Positions 23,874 through 36,945 of a stretch of DNA of 64,000 nt are shown one piece after another. Within the stretch, counting starts at the first letter, position 1; each line of letters opens with the position of its first letter. The notes below the pieces were generated by a model. It was not told the DNA's origin, did no database searches, and saw only the letters and a program-made list of their open reading frames with translations. This DNA is from Octopus vulgaris (taxonomy: Eukaryota): NCBI GenBank assembly GCA_951406725.2, contig OX597822.1:47926001-47990000 (forward strand). Reading direction: 5' to 3'. Made by a program: the position numbers and the translations under genes.

Positions 23874-26800
23874 TGTATGTGTGTGCGTGTATATATATAT
23901 AGTATATATATGTATGTATATATATGTGTATATATAAATTTTTTTACTTGACTGACCATGCTGGAGCACTGCCTTTAGTCGAACAAATTGACCCCAGGAC
24001 TTATTCTTTGTAAGCCTAGTATTTATTCTATCGGTCTGTTTTGCTGAACTGCTATATATATATATATATATATACATACATGTGTGTATACTTATAAATC
24101 CAATACATGTGTGTGCACTAATATATTTGTATGCTTTTTCCATGCTTTCATGGATAGAATGAGATTCGTTGAGGTACTGAATACCTTTTGGAATAATTGT
24201 GTTACCAATTTTCACCTGTTTCCAAGCGAGGAAATATTTTTCATTAATTTGAATGTTTTCACAAAAGATTGCAAGCAATCGGTGCTTATATAACGGTTGT
24301 GTATAACATTCACTGTATGACAGAGAAGCTTGATTTTAGATTTAGATTTAGAAAACAAGGAGACACACACACAGGCATACACTCATACATAATTCAAAAA
24401 TACACGTATACACACATACATTCATAGTACACTCATACATACAAGCATACACACATATTAATACTCTCTCACACACACACGCATTAATTGATGTATATAT
24501 ATATATATATATATATGCACACATGCATTCATACATACATAGACACATTAATTCATACATATAAGCATGCACACATAAATACATACATATATATATATAC
24601 AACAGGCTTCTTTTCCTTTGGCCCAAGCTGCTGCATTATGGGATTGAACTTGAATCAACATGGTTGTAAAGCAAACTTTTAAACTTTACAACCAGGTCTA
24701 TCATTTCTTAAGATTTATTGCTGTAATAAATGTTTTAAATCTTTTATCGTTTACTTGTTTCAGTCACTGGACTACAGCCATACAGAAGCACTGCTTTGGA
24801 GGGGTTAAACTAATCAACCCCCAGGACTTATTTTTAAGGTTGGTGCCACTAGTTCCACATAAAAAGCACCCAGTACACTCTGTAAAGTGGTTGGCATTTG
24901 GAAGGGCATCCAGATGTAGAGATTTTGCCAAAACCGACAATGGATCTTGGTGTGGCCCCTGGCCTTGCTGTTCAACCCATGCCAGCATGGAAAACGGATG
25001 TTAAATGATGCTGCTGATGTACTTGTTGAATTGGTCTCTTTGCCCAACATCTAAGTTACAGGTGTGTAAACAGATCAAAACTGGTTGCCAAGCAATGACA
25101 GGTGGAACGAAGGCCTTTCATTATCTGACATGTTCATAACCTGAAACTATTTCTCCTTGAGAAGAAAGCATGGCAAAGCCAAGCAGGGATATGTATGCAC
25201 CAAGCAAAAGCTAGACAGTAACTGACACATTCCTGCTGATAATCCCAGCTTGTCACCAGTCACTGTTGTCAGCTTGTGTGTTCATTACTCAGGCAATGTT
25301 TGTCACCTGAGACATTTTATGATTGAAAAATTATTCATAAACCGATTTGTTTGTGAAAAGTGGTATTCATAAACCAAGGCACAACAGAATGTGTGTGTGT
25401 ATTTCTATTGGCCTTCACACAGTTGCCATCTGGCAGGAGTGGCTGTGTGGTAAGAAGCTTACTTCCCAACCACATGGTTCCAGGTTCAGTAACACCTTGG
25501 GCAAATGTCACAAAACCTTGTGAGTGGATTTGGTAGATGGAAACTGAAAGAAGCCCATTGTATACACATATATATATATATATATGTGTGTATCTGTGTT
25601 TGTCCCTACCATCATTGCTTGACAACTGATGTTGGTGTGTTTACATCCCTGTAACTTAGCAGCTCGACAAAAGACACTGATAGAATAAGTACTAGGCTTA
25701 CAAAGAATAAGTCCAGTGGTTGATTTGTTCAACTAAAGGTGGTGCTCCAGCATGGCCGCAGTCAAATGACAAACAAAAATAAAAAAAGGCATTAGTTAGT
25801 CTACGGTTATTGTAGAAGATACTTGCCTAAGATGCCAAGTAGTGGGACTGAACCTGAAACCGCATGGCTTGCAATACGAGCTTCTTCGGAACAAAACCAT
25901 AGCGGTACCTACAAAGCTTTTTTTCCTTCCTATTTCTTCTTACATTCACAAAATAGATGTTTGCAAGACTGTGGGTAGAATTCCAAGACCAAGCAGTGCA
26001 TTGTGTTCAGAAGCAAAACACTTAATTTCACGTTGGTCCAGTCCACTCAGCTGTAAATGAGTAACACTGCAACATACAAGCTTTCTGGTTAGGGAGGATA
26101 TTAGATCTAAAGCTAAAACGATGCAAAGCGCATTGTGACCAGTGATGTATAACAACATTCAATAGTCTGATCGATCATGTGATCGCATTCCCAAAGTGAT
26201 TTTAGATACAAAACAGTCTTTTTAATCATTTTCTTTTTTTAACTTTTCAATTTGTAAATGACTTTTATGGTTAATATCTAGACAGACTAAAACAGCGAGC
26301 TGGCAGAATCATTAGCATGCTGGGGAAAATGCTTAGTAGCATTTTGTCCATTTTAATGTTCTGAGTTCAAATTCTAGTACGGTCAGCTTTACCTTTTATT
26401 CTTTCAGGGTTCATAAAAATAAGAACCAGTGGAACATGGGGCCCACTATATAATCAACAAGCCCTGTTCCCCTAGTTTTCCAGGCCTTGTGCCAAAATTT
26501 GAAACCAATATTTGGAAAAGAACTTTATTTTGGATAGTATAACTTAAAAATTTAGATTTATTTTCAAACGGAAACAGTTTTAAAGAAAGAAAATACTATT
26601 TCAGCTTTACTGGAGATATAAAGTTCAAACTGTCTTTGCTAGAATATATAAGAAAATTTCCTGCCTGATCAGTAAATCATCATTATCGTTTAACATCCGT
26701 TTTCCATGCTAGCATGGGTTGGATGGTTCGACCGGGGTCTGAGAAGCCAGGAGGCTGCACCAGGCTCCAGTCTGATCTGGCAGTGTTTCTACAGCTGGAT

Positions 26801-27289
26801 ACCCTTCCTAATGCCAACCACTCTGTGGGTGCTTTTTACGTGCCACCAGCACAGGGGCCAGAGGTGGCTGGCAACAGCCACGATTGGTTGGTGATTTTTA
26901 CATGTCACCGGCATGGAAGACAGTCAAGGCGGTGCTGGCATCGGCCATGTTCAGATGGTGCTTTTTATGTGTCACCGGCACATGGTTGCTGCCCTTCCTA
27001 ATGCCAACCACTTTACAGAGTGGACTGGATGATTTTTTTGTGACACCTACACTAACAAGGTCACCAAGTAACTTGCAAGACAAGATCCTTTCAGAGGGGG
27101 TAGGTGTTGAAGGAGATGGCTTTGTGCCAAGTGATGAGGGGTTAGAGTGTGACAGAGGGACAGGGGCAAGTGTCTTGCTGCAGAGAAGATACATGGTTAC
27201 CCCAGTTAGAGGAAGTGAGAGAGAGAGAGAGAGCAAAAGTGAGAGGGAGCAAGAGAGAAGATGGTGATGTATGAGGGTATACTCTCAAG

Positions 27290-28065
27290 GTACTTCATTC
27301 CATGTCTTCCTGGGTCTCCTTCTTTCACAGGTGCCATCCAATTTCAGTGATCAGTACTTCTTTATACAACTGTCTTCATTTATATGCATCACATGTCCAA
27401 ACCAACATAATCTTCTCTCTCGCATACTGCATCTGATTCCTCTTACACCTAACTTTTCTCTCGGCACATTTGCACTTTGTTGTACAAGCACACTAACTTC
27501 ATTGCTCTGTAGTCTACTCATATCCTCTGCATTCAGAGCCCATGTCTCACTACCATGGAGTATACTGTTAGTAGACAAACCTCGTACAGTCTGCCTTTCA
27601 CTCTGAGAGAGAGTCATTTTGTTGTCAGCAGAGGTAATAGCTGTCTGCACTTCCTCCATCCTATTCTTATTCTAGCAACAATACTTTCAGAGTATCTTTC
27701 ATCACTGCTAATTTGGTCACCTAGGTAACAGAAACTATCTACAACCTCGAGAGAGTCTAATTTCCATGGGTCCTTAGTGCTCATTGTTCCTGCACATCTG
27801 AAGCGAACTTTCTCTGTTAACCTACCTGTGGTTTCACTGTACCTCTTGTGCCTGTAACTTCTACTGGGTGCGAAGAATGGAATTTCTTCCAACAATTTTC
27901 CTACATACTGAGCATGGCCGTTTACCCAACAGAAAGAGAGTTTTCTTGCTAACAGCAACTTTGGTCTTCACTAGATTAACTTTAAGGCCCTTTGATTTCA
28001 GGTTTTGCCTCCATACATGAAATTCCTTCTCCAATTCTGCTATAAGAGCAAGGTCATCAGCATAT
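27290..28065 (-). mobile_element. Degenerate RTE LINE fragment
   Basis: LEVVDSFCYLGDQIS, LHGSETWAL and RRLCWFGHV; homologous to 17163-17960. Confidence 0.88.
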
Positions 28066-28550
28066 CAGTCATACAGTTTACGTAGACATATCTGTATACA
28101 AAACATAACTTGCAGTGCTGGCTTTGAATTCTATAGAAAATCTATAAACTTCCAAGAGAGAATATTGCACTGCTAACACCAAGTAAAATACAGTATTGAC
28201 TTGTAAATCTGTAACATATTAGGTAGTACATTATGGTTGCAAAACGAAATAGTGTCCATGTAGCAAAATATATATATACATATATATAATCATTCCATTG
28301 AAATCTTATAAGCTGACAAAGTAAAATGAGTTTAACCTCAGGCATGGTGAGAGCCACTGATGAGCTTTAAGCATCAAAATGTGAAGTCATTGGTGATCTA
28401 GCTCTGTCTGCAAACGTAGGGAGTTTGTCTCCCTTGTCAGCTCATTAAGACAGTGTTTCTGTGGCTATTGAGCTGTTTTGACTCTTATTTCTAGCAATGC
28501 TGGTGCTCATTAGTGCCCTTCTTCACTTTAGCGACGTATATATGTTTATG

Positions 28551-28624
<74 letters not shown>

Positions 28625-30225
28625 GTGATAGTTGCATAAACATGAGTTTCTATTTCTCCATTTTACATTTTCTGCTCTTTTCTCTCCATGTCTGTTCTAG
28701 CTTTCAAAAGAAGAGTGACTGCTTGAAATGTAAAAAAAACATTCTTTCCCAAGCTATTTCCCACTGTTTGTTTATTTTAATCTCATCTTTGTGTTTTATT
28801 TTTTTTTGCACCACTTACTCGCATTGTTAATGGCTTCGAAAAGTGGGTTGGTTTAGATTTTCTTATCCTATCTATGTTTAAAATCACCTCATGATAGTGG
28901 GTGTTTTTCATAATGTAATTGTAATGATAAAATTATTTATCAATAAAAAGATTATGCTGAAACAAATGTTTTGAATGTTTAAACTCAACTCCACTTGCGT
29001 TCTTATATATATATATATATATATACATATATATACATATATATGAACCACTTGGTTCTGGGTTCGGTCTCACTGCATGGCACCTTGGGCAAGTGTCTTC
29101 TACTATAGCTTCAGGCTGACCAAAGCCTTGTGAGTAGATTTGATAGACGGAAACTGAAAGAAGCTCATCGTACATATATGTGTGTGTGTTTGTGTGTCTG
29201 TGTTTATTCCCTCAAAATTGCCTGACAACCGATGCTGGTGTGTATACGTCTCTGTAACTTAGCAGTTCGGCAAAAGAGACCGATAGAATAAGTACTAGGC
29301 TTACACAGAATAAGTCCTGGGGTTGACTAAAGGAGGTGCTCCAGCATTTGCTTGACAAATGGTGGTACTCCAGCATGGGCACAGTCAAACGACTGAAATA
29401 AGTAAAAGAGTAAGAGTAATATATATATATATATATATAGATAGATATGCTGTGCTTGAGAAGACCCGACAAGCCAGGTAAGACCATAACCCGTGGCCTA
29501 TGCCAGTGGTGTAACCAGTCCACTTACATGTACCTTTCCTTCATTGGACACTAAACTCTGCTTGTGAAGACCTGTTGAGGCAAATGAAATTGAAATCAAA
29601 TTTGATGACAGTACCGCATGACTGGCATCCATGCTAGTGGAATGTTAAGAGCACCATCCGAGTGTGATTGTTGCCAGGGTCACTGACTGGCTCCCGTGCC
29701 GGTGGCACACAAGAAGCACCATTTGAGTGTGATCGTTACCAGCATTGCCTTACTGGCACCTGTGCTGGTGGCATGTGAAAAGCAACATTCGAGCAAGGTT
29801 GTTGCCAGTGCCGCTGGACTGGCTCCTGTGCAGGTGGCACGTAAAAAACACCATTTGAGCATGGCCTTTGCCAGTACTGCTTGACTGGCCCTCATGACGG
29901 TGGTACGTAAAAGCACCCACTACACTCTCGGAGTGGTTGGCGTTAGGAAGGGCATCGAGCTCTAGAAATTCTGCCAGATCGGATTGGAGCCTGGTACAGC
30001 CATCTGGCTCGCCAGTCCTCAGTCAAACTGTCCAACCAATGCCAGCATGGAAAGCAGAAGTCAACCGATGATGATGATATCATCCTCATTTAACGTCTGC
30101 TTTCCATGCTGGCATGGGTTGGATGGTTTGATAGGAGTTGGCCAAGCAGAAGACTGCACCAGGCTTAGTGTTTGTTTTGGCATGGTTTTTATGGCTGGAT
30201 GTCCTTCCTAACACCAACCACCCCC

Positions 30226-30262
<37 letters not shown>

Positions 30263-30265
<3 letters not shown>

Positions 30266-30457
30266 CGGGAAAGTTTACGAAAATAAACAAAAGACGAAGG
30301 CAGGTGAAGTACAAACAAACAAATATATTACTATGGTGCTCAGGAATAGAAATAGAACAAGTCTTTTACGTTTTGAGCCTACACTTTTCGACAGAAAGAT
30401 ACACAGGAAAAAAAAGGAGAGAAAAAATGCGTGTAGGAGCTAACGATCTATCATGGC
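30263..30457 (-). mobile_element. Penelope-like terminal repeat in (TA)n with a degenerate minimal hammerhead (30399-30362)
   Basis: TCTTT-CTGTCGA-A-AAGT-GTAG-GCTC-AAAAC-GTA-AAAGA; both flanks are TA repeats; related copy at 28621-28830 (+). Confidence 0.6.
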
Positions 30458-30469
30458 ATATATATATAT

Positions 30470-31455
30470 TCATTCATTTAATGTCTGTTGTCCATGCTGG
30501 CATGGATCGGACAGTTTGACCAGGGCTGGCAAGGTGGAAGGCTGCACCAGATGCCAGTCTGATTTGGCATGGTTTCTACAGATGGATGCCCTTCCTAACA
30601 CTAACCACTCTGAGAGTGTAACAGGTGTATTTATATGCCACTGACAGGGGTCCCATTTGGATGACATCAGTATCTGCCATGACTGGATCTTCTTCTCAAC
30701 CATGGCATAATGCCAAAGGTCTCGGTCATTCGTCATTGCTTGCGTGAGGCTCAACACTCAAAAGGAGTTTTTCATGTGCTACCAGTATGGGTGCCATTTG
30801 CGTGACACCAGTATCGGCCACAACTGTGATTTCACTCGGATTGATGGGTCTTCTTAAGCACAGCATATAACCAAAGGTCTCAGTCACAAGTCATTGCCTC
30901 TTTGAGGCCCAAAGTTCGAAGATCATACTTCACCACCTTGTCCCATGTATTCCTGGGTCTACCTCTACCACAGGTTTCCTCCACAGTTAGCGATCAGCAT
31001 TTCTTTACACAGCTGTCCATACACATCACATGACCATACCAGTGCAGTCATCTCTCTTGCACATCACATCTGATGCCTCTTATGACAAACTTTTCTCTCA
31101 AGATGCTTACACTCTGTCGTATATGCACACTGACATTGCACCTCCAACGAAGCAAACTAGCTTCATTTCTTTGAAACCTATGAATGTCCTCTGTAGTCAC
31201 AGCCCATGTTTCACTGCTGTGTAGCATAGCTGTTCACACACAGTTATCATACAATCTACCTTTGTTGCCAGCCAAGATAGGAGCTCTCTGAACTTTGCCC
31301 AGCCTATTCTTATTCTCACAGCAACGCTCTCAGAGCATCCAGCTCCACTACTAACTTGGTCATTTGGATAATGAAGCTACCTACTACCTCTAGCTTACCC
31401 ACCTGGCAGTTGATGGAATCTCTTTTCTGTACATTTTCAGTGTTTATTGTACCTG
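30470..31455 (-). mobile_element. Degenerate RTE LINE 3' fragment
   Basis: Nucleotide similarity to 17190-17660 (cagcccatgtttcactgctgtg; ctactaacttggtc) plus 3' UTR and terminus. Confidence 0.85.
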
Positions 31456-32794
31456 TGTATATATTTATATATATATATGTGTGTGTTTTAATTTAATATC
31501 TGTATGTTTTAAATTTTATTTATATAATTTGGGTCTATGCAAGCATAAAACTTTTGTCATATTACTGCAACTATCCCCATTACCAAATAAAAATATAAGA
31601 TTTTTATACAAACGCAGGAGTGGCTGTGTGGTAAGAAGCTTGCTTACCAACCACATGGTTCTGGGTTCAGTCCCACTGCGTGGAACTTTGGGGAAGTGTC
31701 TTCTACCATAGCATCAGGCCAACCAAAGCCTTGTGAATTGATTTAGTAGACGGAAACTGAAAGAAGCCCGTCATATATATATATCTATATGTATATGTTT
31801 GTGTGTCTGTGTTTGTCCCCACAGCATCGCTTGACAACTGATGTTGGTGTGTTTACATCCCTGTAACTTAGCAGTTTGGCAAAAGAGACCGATAGAATAA
31901 GTATTAGGCTTACAAAGAATAAGTCCTGGGGTTGATTTGTTTGACTAAAAGCGGTGCTCCAGCATGGCCGCAGTCAAATGATTAAAACAAATAAAAGAAT
32001 AAAAGATTAAATCCAAACTATAACAGAATCCATCATTTCCTGATTGACTGTGATGGCTATATGATGATGTCTTCTGAGGATAAATTACAGCAACATTTGT
32101 CCTAGACCAGGACTACCATGTTATGTTGGCAAACAATCTTTACTATAAAGTACTGTTGTTGAATATCTCATGTTGTGAGATTTAAAAATAGTAAGTTTCT
32201 AAATAGAATTTTATTGATAAACATAAGATTTTGAATTGCTGTTACTCAACAGTCAAAAAGTGAAAACCCTTCTGACCACCATTATTTTGGTGTACTCCAG
32301 ATCTGGTCTGACATGCATGGTCCAAATATATGACTTCCTCTCCATTCCCCCCTCCCTATGGTGGTTTACCTCTTCTAGTTCTCCCCAAACCCCACCTACC
32401 ATGCCATGTTGAAATTACAGTAGAACCTCAGTTTTTGAACAAATCTGGTCACGAATAAATCATACTTTATCTCTTGTCTTTCTCAAATTTATTTAATACA
32501 GTAGTACCTCAGTTTACGAATGCTTCTGATCACGAACAAATCATGCTTCATATATATCTATATGTGGAGGTGCAATGGCCCAGTGGTTAGGGCAGCAAAC
32601 TCACGGTTTCGATTCCCAGATGAGCGTTGTGAGTGTTTATTGAGTGAAAACAAAGTTCCACAAGGCTTTGGCAAGGGGTCGGTGCTGACCCTGCTGTACT
32701 CTTTCATCACAACTTTTAGCAGGATCAACATCTCTGAGCCAAGCACAATTTAAAGCTTGTTCAGCAGGTCTAGAGCTGGCTTGGGAATAAAGGA

Positions 32795-33615
32795 GGTATT
32801 CTTTTGATATGACTCGACAAAATCAAAACACTTCAATTTGGCTGTTTCAGTGAAAGCACATGTCTGTATCTTGTCAACCGTCAGTTGACGAAATGGGAGG
32901 AGGAGAAGAAAGCTAATGGGTTGTATGTGTGTGCGTACTTGTTCTTGTCTGTGTGTGTACCTGTTCTGTTTTTATGTAAATATGTGGTGTGGAATATAGA
33001 TATAACAAAATTATGCTAGCAATGTCTCATTTTAAACTTGAAGAAAAAAAAACCTTGCATATTTGTTCTTACCTGCTTCATGTCTGTAATGTAAAATCCG
33101 TAAATTTCCAAGCAGAAAACGAGAATCAATTATAGTAGTCCATGTTTTTTTTTTTAACCACTATAGAGCAGAAATATTGCAACATGCATGGAGAAAAGGA
33201 TGGACTATACAACGCATTTTATGAATTTCATAAAAAGCATTCTTGAAGCTTAAATTAGACAGTATAATATTGCCTAATGCATTTTATGAAATTCATAAGA
33301 GTATTGTCTCTGTTGAATTGTCGCCAACTAAACTCGAACAGATATGTTGAAAATAACGCAAGGCTTTTTTTTCTTCAAGTTTAAAATGAGACATAGCTGG
33401 GCATAATTTCATTATATCTATATTCCACAACACATAAAAACACAAAAACAGAACAGGCACAGACAAGAACAAGCAGCATGCATGTACAACCCATTAGCTT
33501 TCTTCTCTTCCTCCAATTTCATCAACTGACAGTTGACAAGACACAGACACGTGCTTTCACGGAAACAGCCGAATTGAAGTGTTTCGATTTTGTCGAGTCA
33601 TATCGAAAAAGGACC
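32795..33615. mobile_element. Non-autonomous DNA transposon with ~270-bp TIRs, GG ends and an 8-bp TSD
   Basis: 32795-~33065 is the inverted copy of ~33350-33615; ataaagga at 32787-32794 and 33616-33623. Confidence 0.9.
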
Positions 33616-35228
33616 ATAAAGGAAAACTCTTAAAACAAATACTAGTTGAGCACTGGCATCAATTTAATACTCATCCCCTCCCCCAAAATTGCTGGCATTG
33701 TGCCAAAATTTGAAACCAATGTCTTTTGTTTGGTAGTATACAGCAAACAGTCCTAACTGGCACTTGGTAGAACTGGGCCAGAGCACTGAATACTCACATG
33801 TTGGTCTGCCCTGGTTCCATCTACAAGAGAACAAAGTGGGGGAAAAAAGAAAAAAAAAAACCACCTGCTTTCTCTCTTCAGTACTTTTAATTAAGACATT
33901 AAGATATTCCTGCTGCTGACTTTGGTCAGTCAGTCAGCCGGTCACCAAATGGACACATACAACAATATTATGATATGGCATGATACAGCATGATATGATT
34001 TCAAAGTTTTTAAGTACAGTAAAAGCCAGAATAGAAGGAAACTAGAGATGGATCAGCGTTGACAAAATCAGTCCATAACAAGTGAAGGGTTTAATGTTTC
34101 ATGCCTGGCAGTTTGTTCCCGAATGAGGAAAAGGGAGAAAAAGTGGTGTTATTTCTTGGGCTAGATACACTTTACTTGCCTTCAGATCAAGGGACAAGTC
34201 CACCTTTTATTTTCTTGCCTCACTGTCAGACAAATGAAAGGTGATGTCAGAAACTGGAGCCTCCACATTCCTCCTAGTAAATGAATTTATTGATCTCTCT
34301 CTCTCTCAATGTTTAAGTAGTTAGTAGGTTATCTCTGGTTTATGGATGTGTGTATGTCTTCTTTCATTTTCTTCCTCTTCTTCTGAAAGCTGGCATTGGT
34401 GATGATGATGATGATGATGATTGTTGTGATTGCAGCTTCTGTTACTTCTACTGCTACTATTGTTGTTGTTACTATTATTGTTACTACTGTGTTATGATGA
34501 CTGATGTTGTTAGTAACAACAAAGTTAACTTAAAAGGATTAGAACTCAGAACCAAGATTTGACAAAACTAAAAATACTGCAGAGTATTTAGCCTGGTGTC
34601 TCCTATGAGCATGATCCCTTCACCACCAACCAATACACCTCTATAGATAAATATTCTAATATAGGCACAAGGCCTGAAATTTTTTGTGGGATTGGCCGGT
34701 TACATCAATCCCACTGCTCAGCTGGTATTTATTTTAACTACCCACAAAGGATGAAAGGCAAAGTCCACTCCAGAGAAATTTGAATTCAGAATGTAAAGAG
34801 CTGAAAGTACTGTCGCCAAGCATTTTGTCTGCATGCTTGTGATTCTACCAGCTTACTGCCTTAATAATGATAAATACTAAAACATCACATGACCTACAGA
34901 CTCCAGTGAGAGATCACATTACTTATGAACACTATTTAAACTCCATAGTAACTTGTCCTTGTAATATCCTCTCATTTATCATCCTTGTGGAATATTACAG
35001 AAAATGTTATTGAAGAGTCTTGATTGTCAAAGACACCAGATAAAATGCCTACAAGATATAGTTCCAGCTCTTTAGTATGTTCTAAATTCCAAACACTGCT
35101 TGGATCAACTTAGCCTTTCATCCTTCCAGGTTTGAGAAGATAAATTCTGAGAAAGTGAAATCTAGGGGATAAATTAATTGACTGCTTTGTTCCACAAAAT
35201 AGGTCCTATGCCTACATTACAACAACAG

Positions 35229-35572
35229 GAGGAAGAGACCCCCTTCGATCATGAATGACCACAGGATTGCACCTAGAAAGTTATCCTCTGAGGCACAAGT
35301 CCAGGCAAGGTTGTTTATGGAAGACCACTAGTCGCTCATGCATACCAGCCTCCCCTCTCCACACCACTGATGTTATCTAAGGGAAAGGCAAAGGGACTGA
35401 TGCAGCTTGGCACCTGTGACGTCACAACTCATTTCTACAGCTAAGTTAATTGGAGCAACGTGAAATAAAGTGTCTTGCTCAAGAACACAATACGCAGCCC
35501 GGTCCAGGAATCGAACTCACAACCTCACAATCATAAGCTCGATGTTCTAACCACTGAGCCATGCACCTTCAC
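35229..35572 (-). mobile_element. Full-length tRNA-derived SINE (family C)
   Basis: Minus-strand head gtgaaggtgcatggctcagtggttagaacatcgagc...gtgagttcgattcc has A- and B-boxes; body tgtgttcttgagcaagacactttatttcacgttgctcca is shared with copies near 40460, 46240, 49490, 51650. Confidence 0.85.
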
Positions 35573-36114
35573 AACAACAACGACAATAATAATAATAATT
35601 ATCATTATTAATAAGGTGACAAGCTGGCAGAATCATTAGCATGTTGGGTAAATGCATAGTGGCATCTTTATGTTCTGAGTTCAAATTCAGCTGAGGTTGA
35701 CTTTGCCTTTCATCCTTTCAGGGTCAATAAATTAAGTGCCTGTTGAGTACTGGGGTCAAAGTAATCGAGTTATCCTCACCTCCGAAGTTGCTGGCCTTGT
35801 GTCAAATTTGAAACCATTATTATCACTATTATTATTATTATTATTATTATTAAAGTAGCAAATAGCAGAATTCATGTTTAAATACATCCTGTTACATTCT
35901 CAGTTCAAATCCCATCGATTGTTACCTTTGCTGTTTGGATTTCTAGAGATGAGGTGGGTGAGTAGGTGGGGTATGAATAAAGTAAAAATCAGGGTAGGGT
36001 ATGAATAAAGTAAATACCAGTCATATACTGTGTCGATTGATTTAATCAACCGTATTGCACTTCCCCCACCCTCACCCGTCTACCAAAAATTTGTGACCAT
36101 TTTTTTTCTCTGCC

Positions 36115-36305
36115 CACTAATTCCTGGGTGGCAGTTGAGTCCTTAGGCACTTCTTCCATGGGGTCCTATCCGAAGCAACCATCATTACACTTTCCAGCTG
36201 AATTCCTACAAATGAACAACTGAGACTACAGAAATAATCCAACCATCTTGCCCTAGGTCTCCAGCTGGTCGGCTCAGCTTCAAGAAGCTGTCTTGCGATA
36301 TTTAG
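36115..36305 (-). mobile_element. Old RTE C-terminal fragment (second family)
   Basis: Translates to RPRARWLDYFCSLSCSFVGIQLESVMMVASDRTPWKKCL...LPPRN*, resembling RTE C-termini. Confidence 0.55.
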
Positions 36306-36721
36306 ATATGATTGCTATTAACAATTATTATTATCAAATGTAGCATTAATTCAATAGAACTCACCCATAACTGGGACTTGGGCCAGATATCTAGCACTAA
36401 AAGTTGCAAATTCACACTGACCCTTGATCTCCAACCTGCCATTGGCTATGAAATTGCATCTTGTAGATTGGGGTGAGGGTAAAATGGAAGTTCATTTTTG
36501 TATTAACAATTCTAAAATATGAACTGGCATTGTAGGTATTTGTATGTGTGTGTGTTGCGTGTATGTAGATGGAAGAGGGCTAGAGGGAGAGGGAGAGATG
36601 GTAAGTGATGATGAGAGGGAGAATGGAGTGTTTAAAGGAAAAGGGAGAGGGGAAAGCATGAAGACAGGAGGAGAGAAATAAAGAGAATGTTTGTGTGTGT
36701 GAGAGAGAGAGAGAGAGAGAT

Positions 36722-36945
36722 TCAGTCATGTTGACTGCCAGCATCATCACCATCATCTTTGCCACTAACATTCCCATCATCAGCACCATCACCATCTCCA
36801 TCCCCATCCCCATTTCCATCGCTGTCTTCTTCCCTATCACAGTTAACATCATCATCTATTCCATCCTTTTCGGGGTGTTTCCATTCTGTGGTAAAACTGC
36901 TGAACCATGAGCTCATGGCTGACTTAGCAGAGGTGATGGCGCCAC
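36722..36945 (-). CDS. AVL9: AVL9 terminal coding exon
   Basis: ttcttctcttgcag|GTGGCGCC gives GAITSAKSAMSSWFSSFTTEWK...GSQHD*; 224 nt. Confidence 0.9.

Noticed and set aside
7744-24682. Many YIYI, CMYV, ERER and LSIY ORFs
   Set aside because: They are translations of (TA)n, (CATA)n, (GA)n and (GATA)n microsatellites and SINEs.
28350-28400. Hammerhead candidate cca-CTGATGA-gctttaagc
   Set aside because: There is no GAAA in register and stem I cannot close after a UH triplet.
29680-29930. CRISPR-like repeat-spacer pattern
   Set aside because: The spacers are homologous to each other, the array is part of a LINE 3' UTR, the context is eukaryotic and there are no cas genes.
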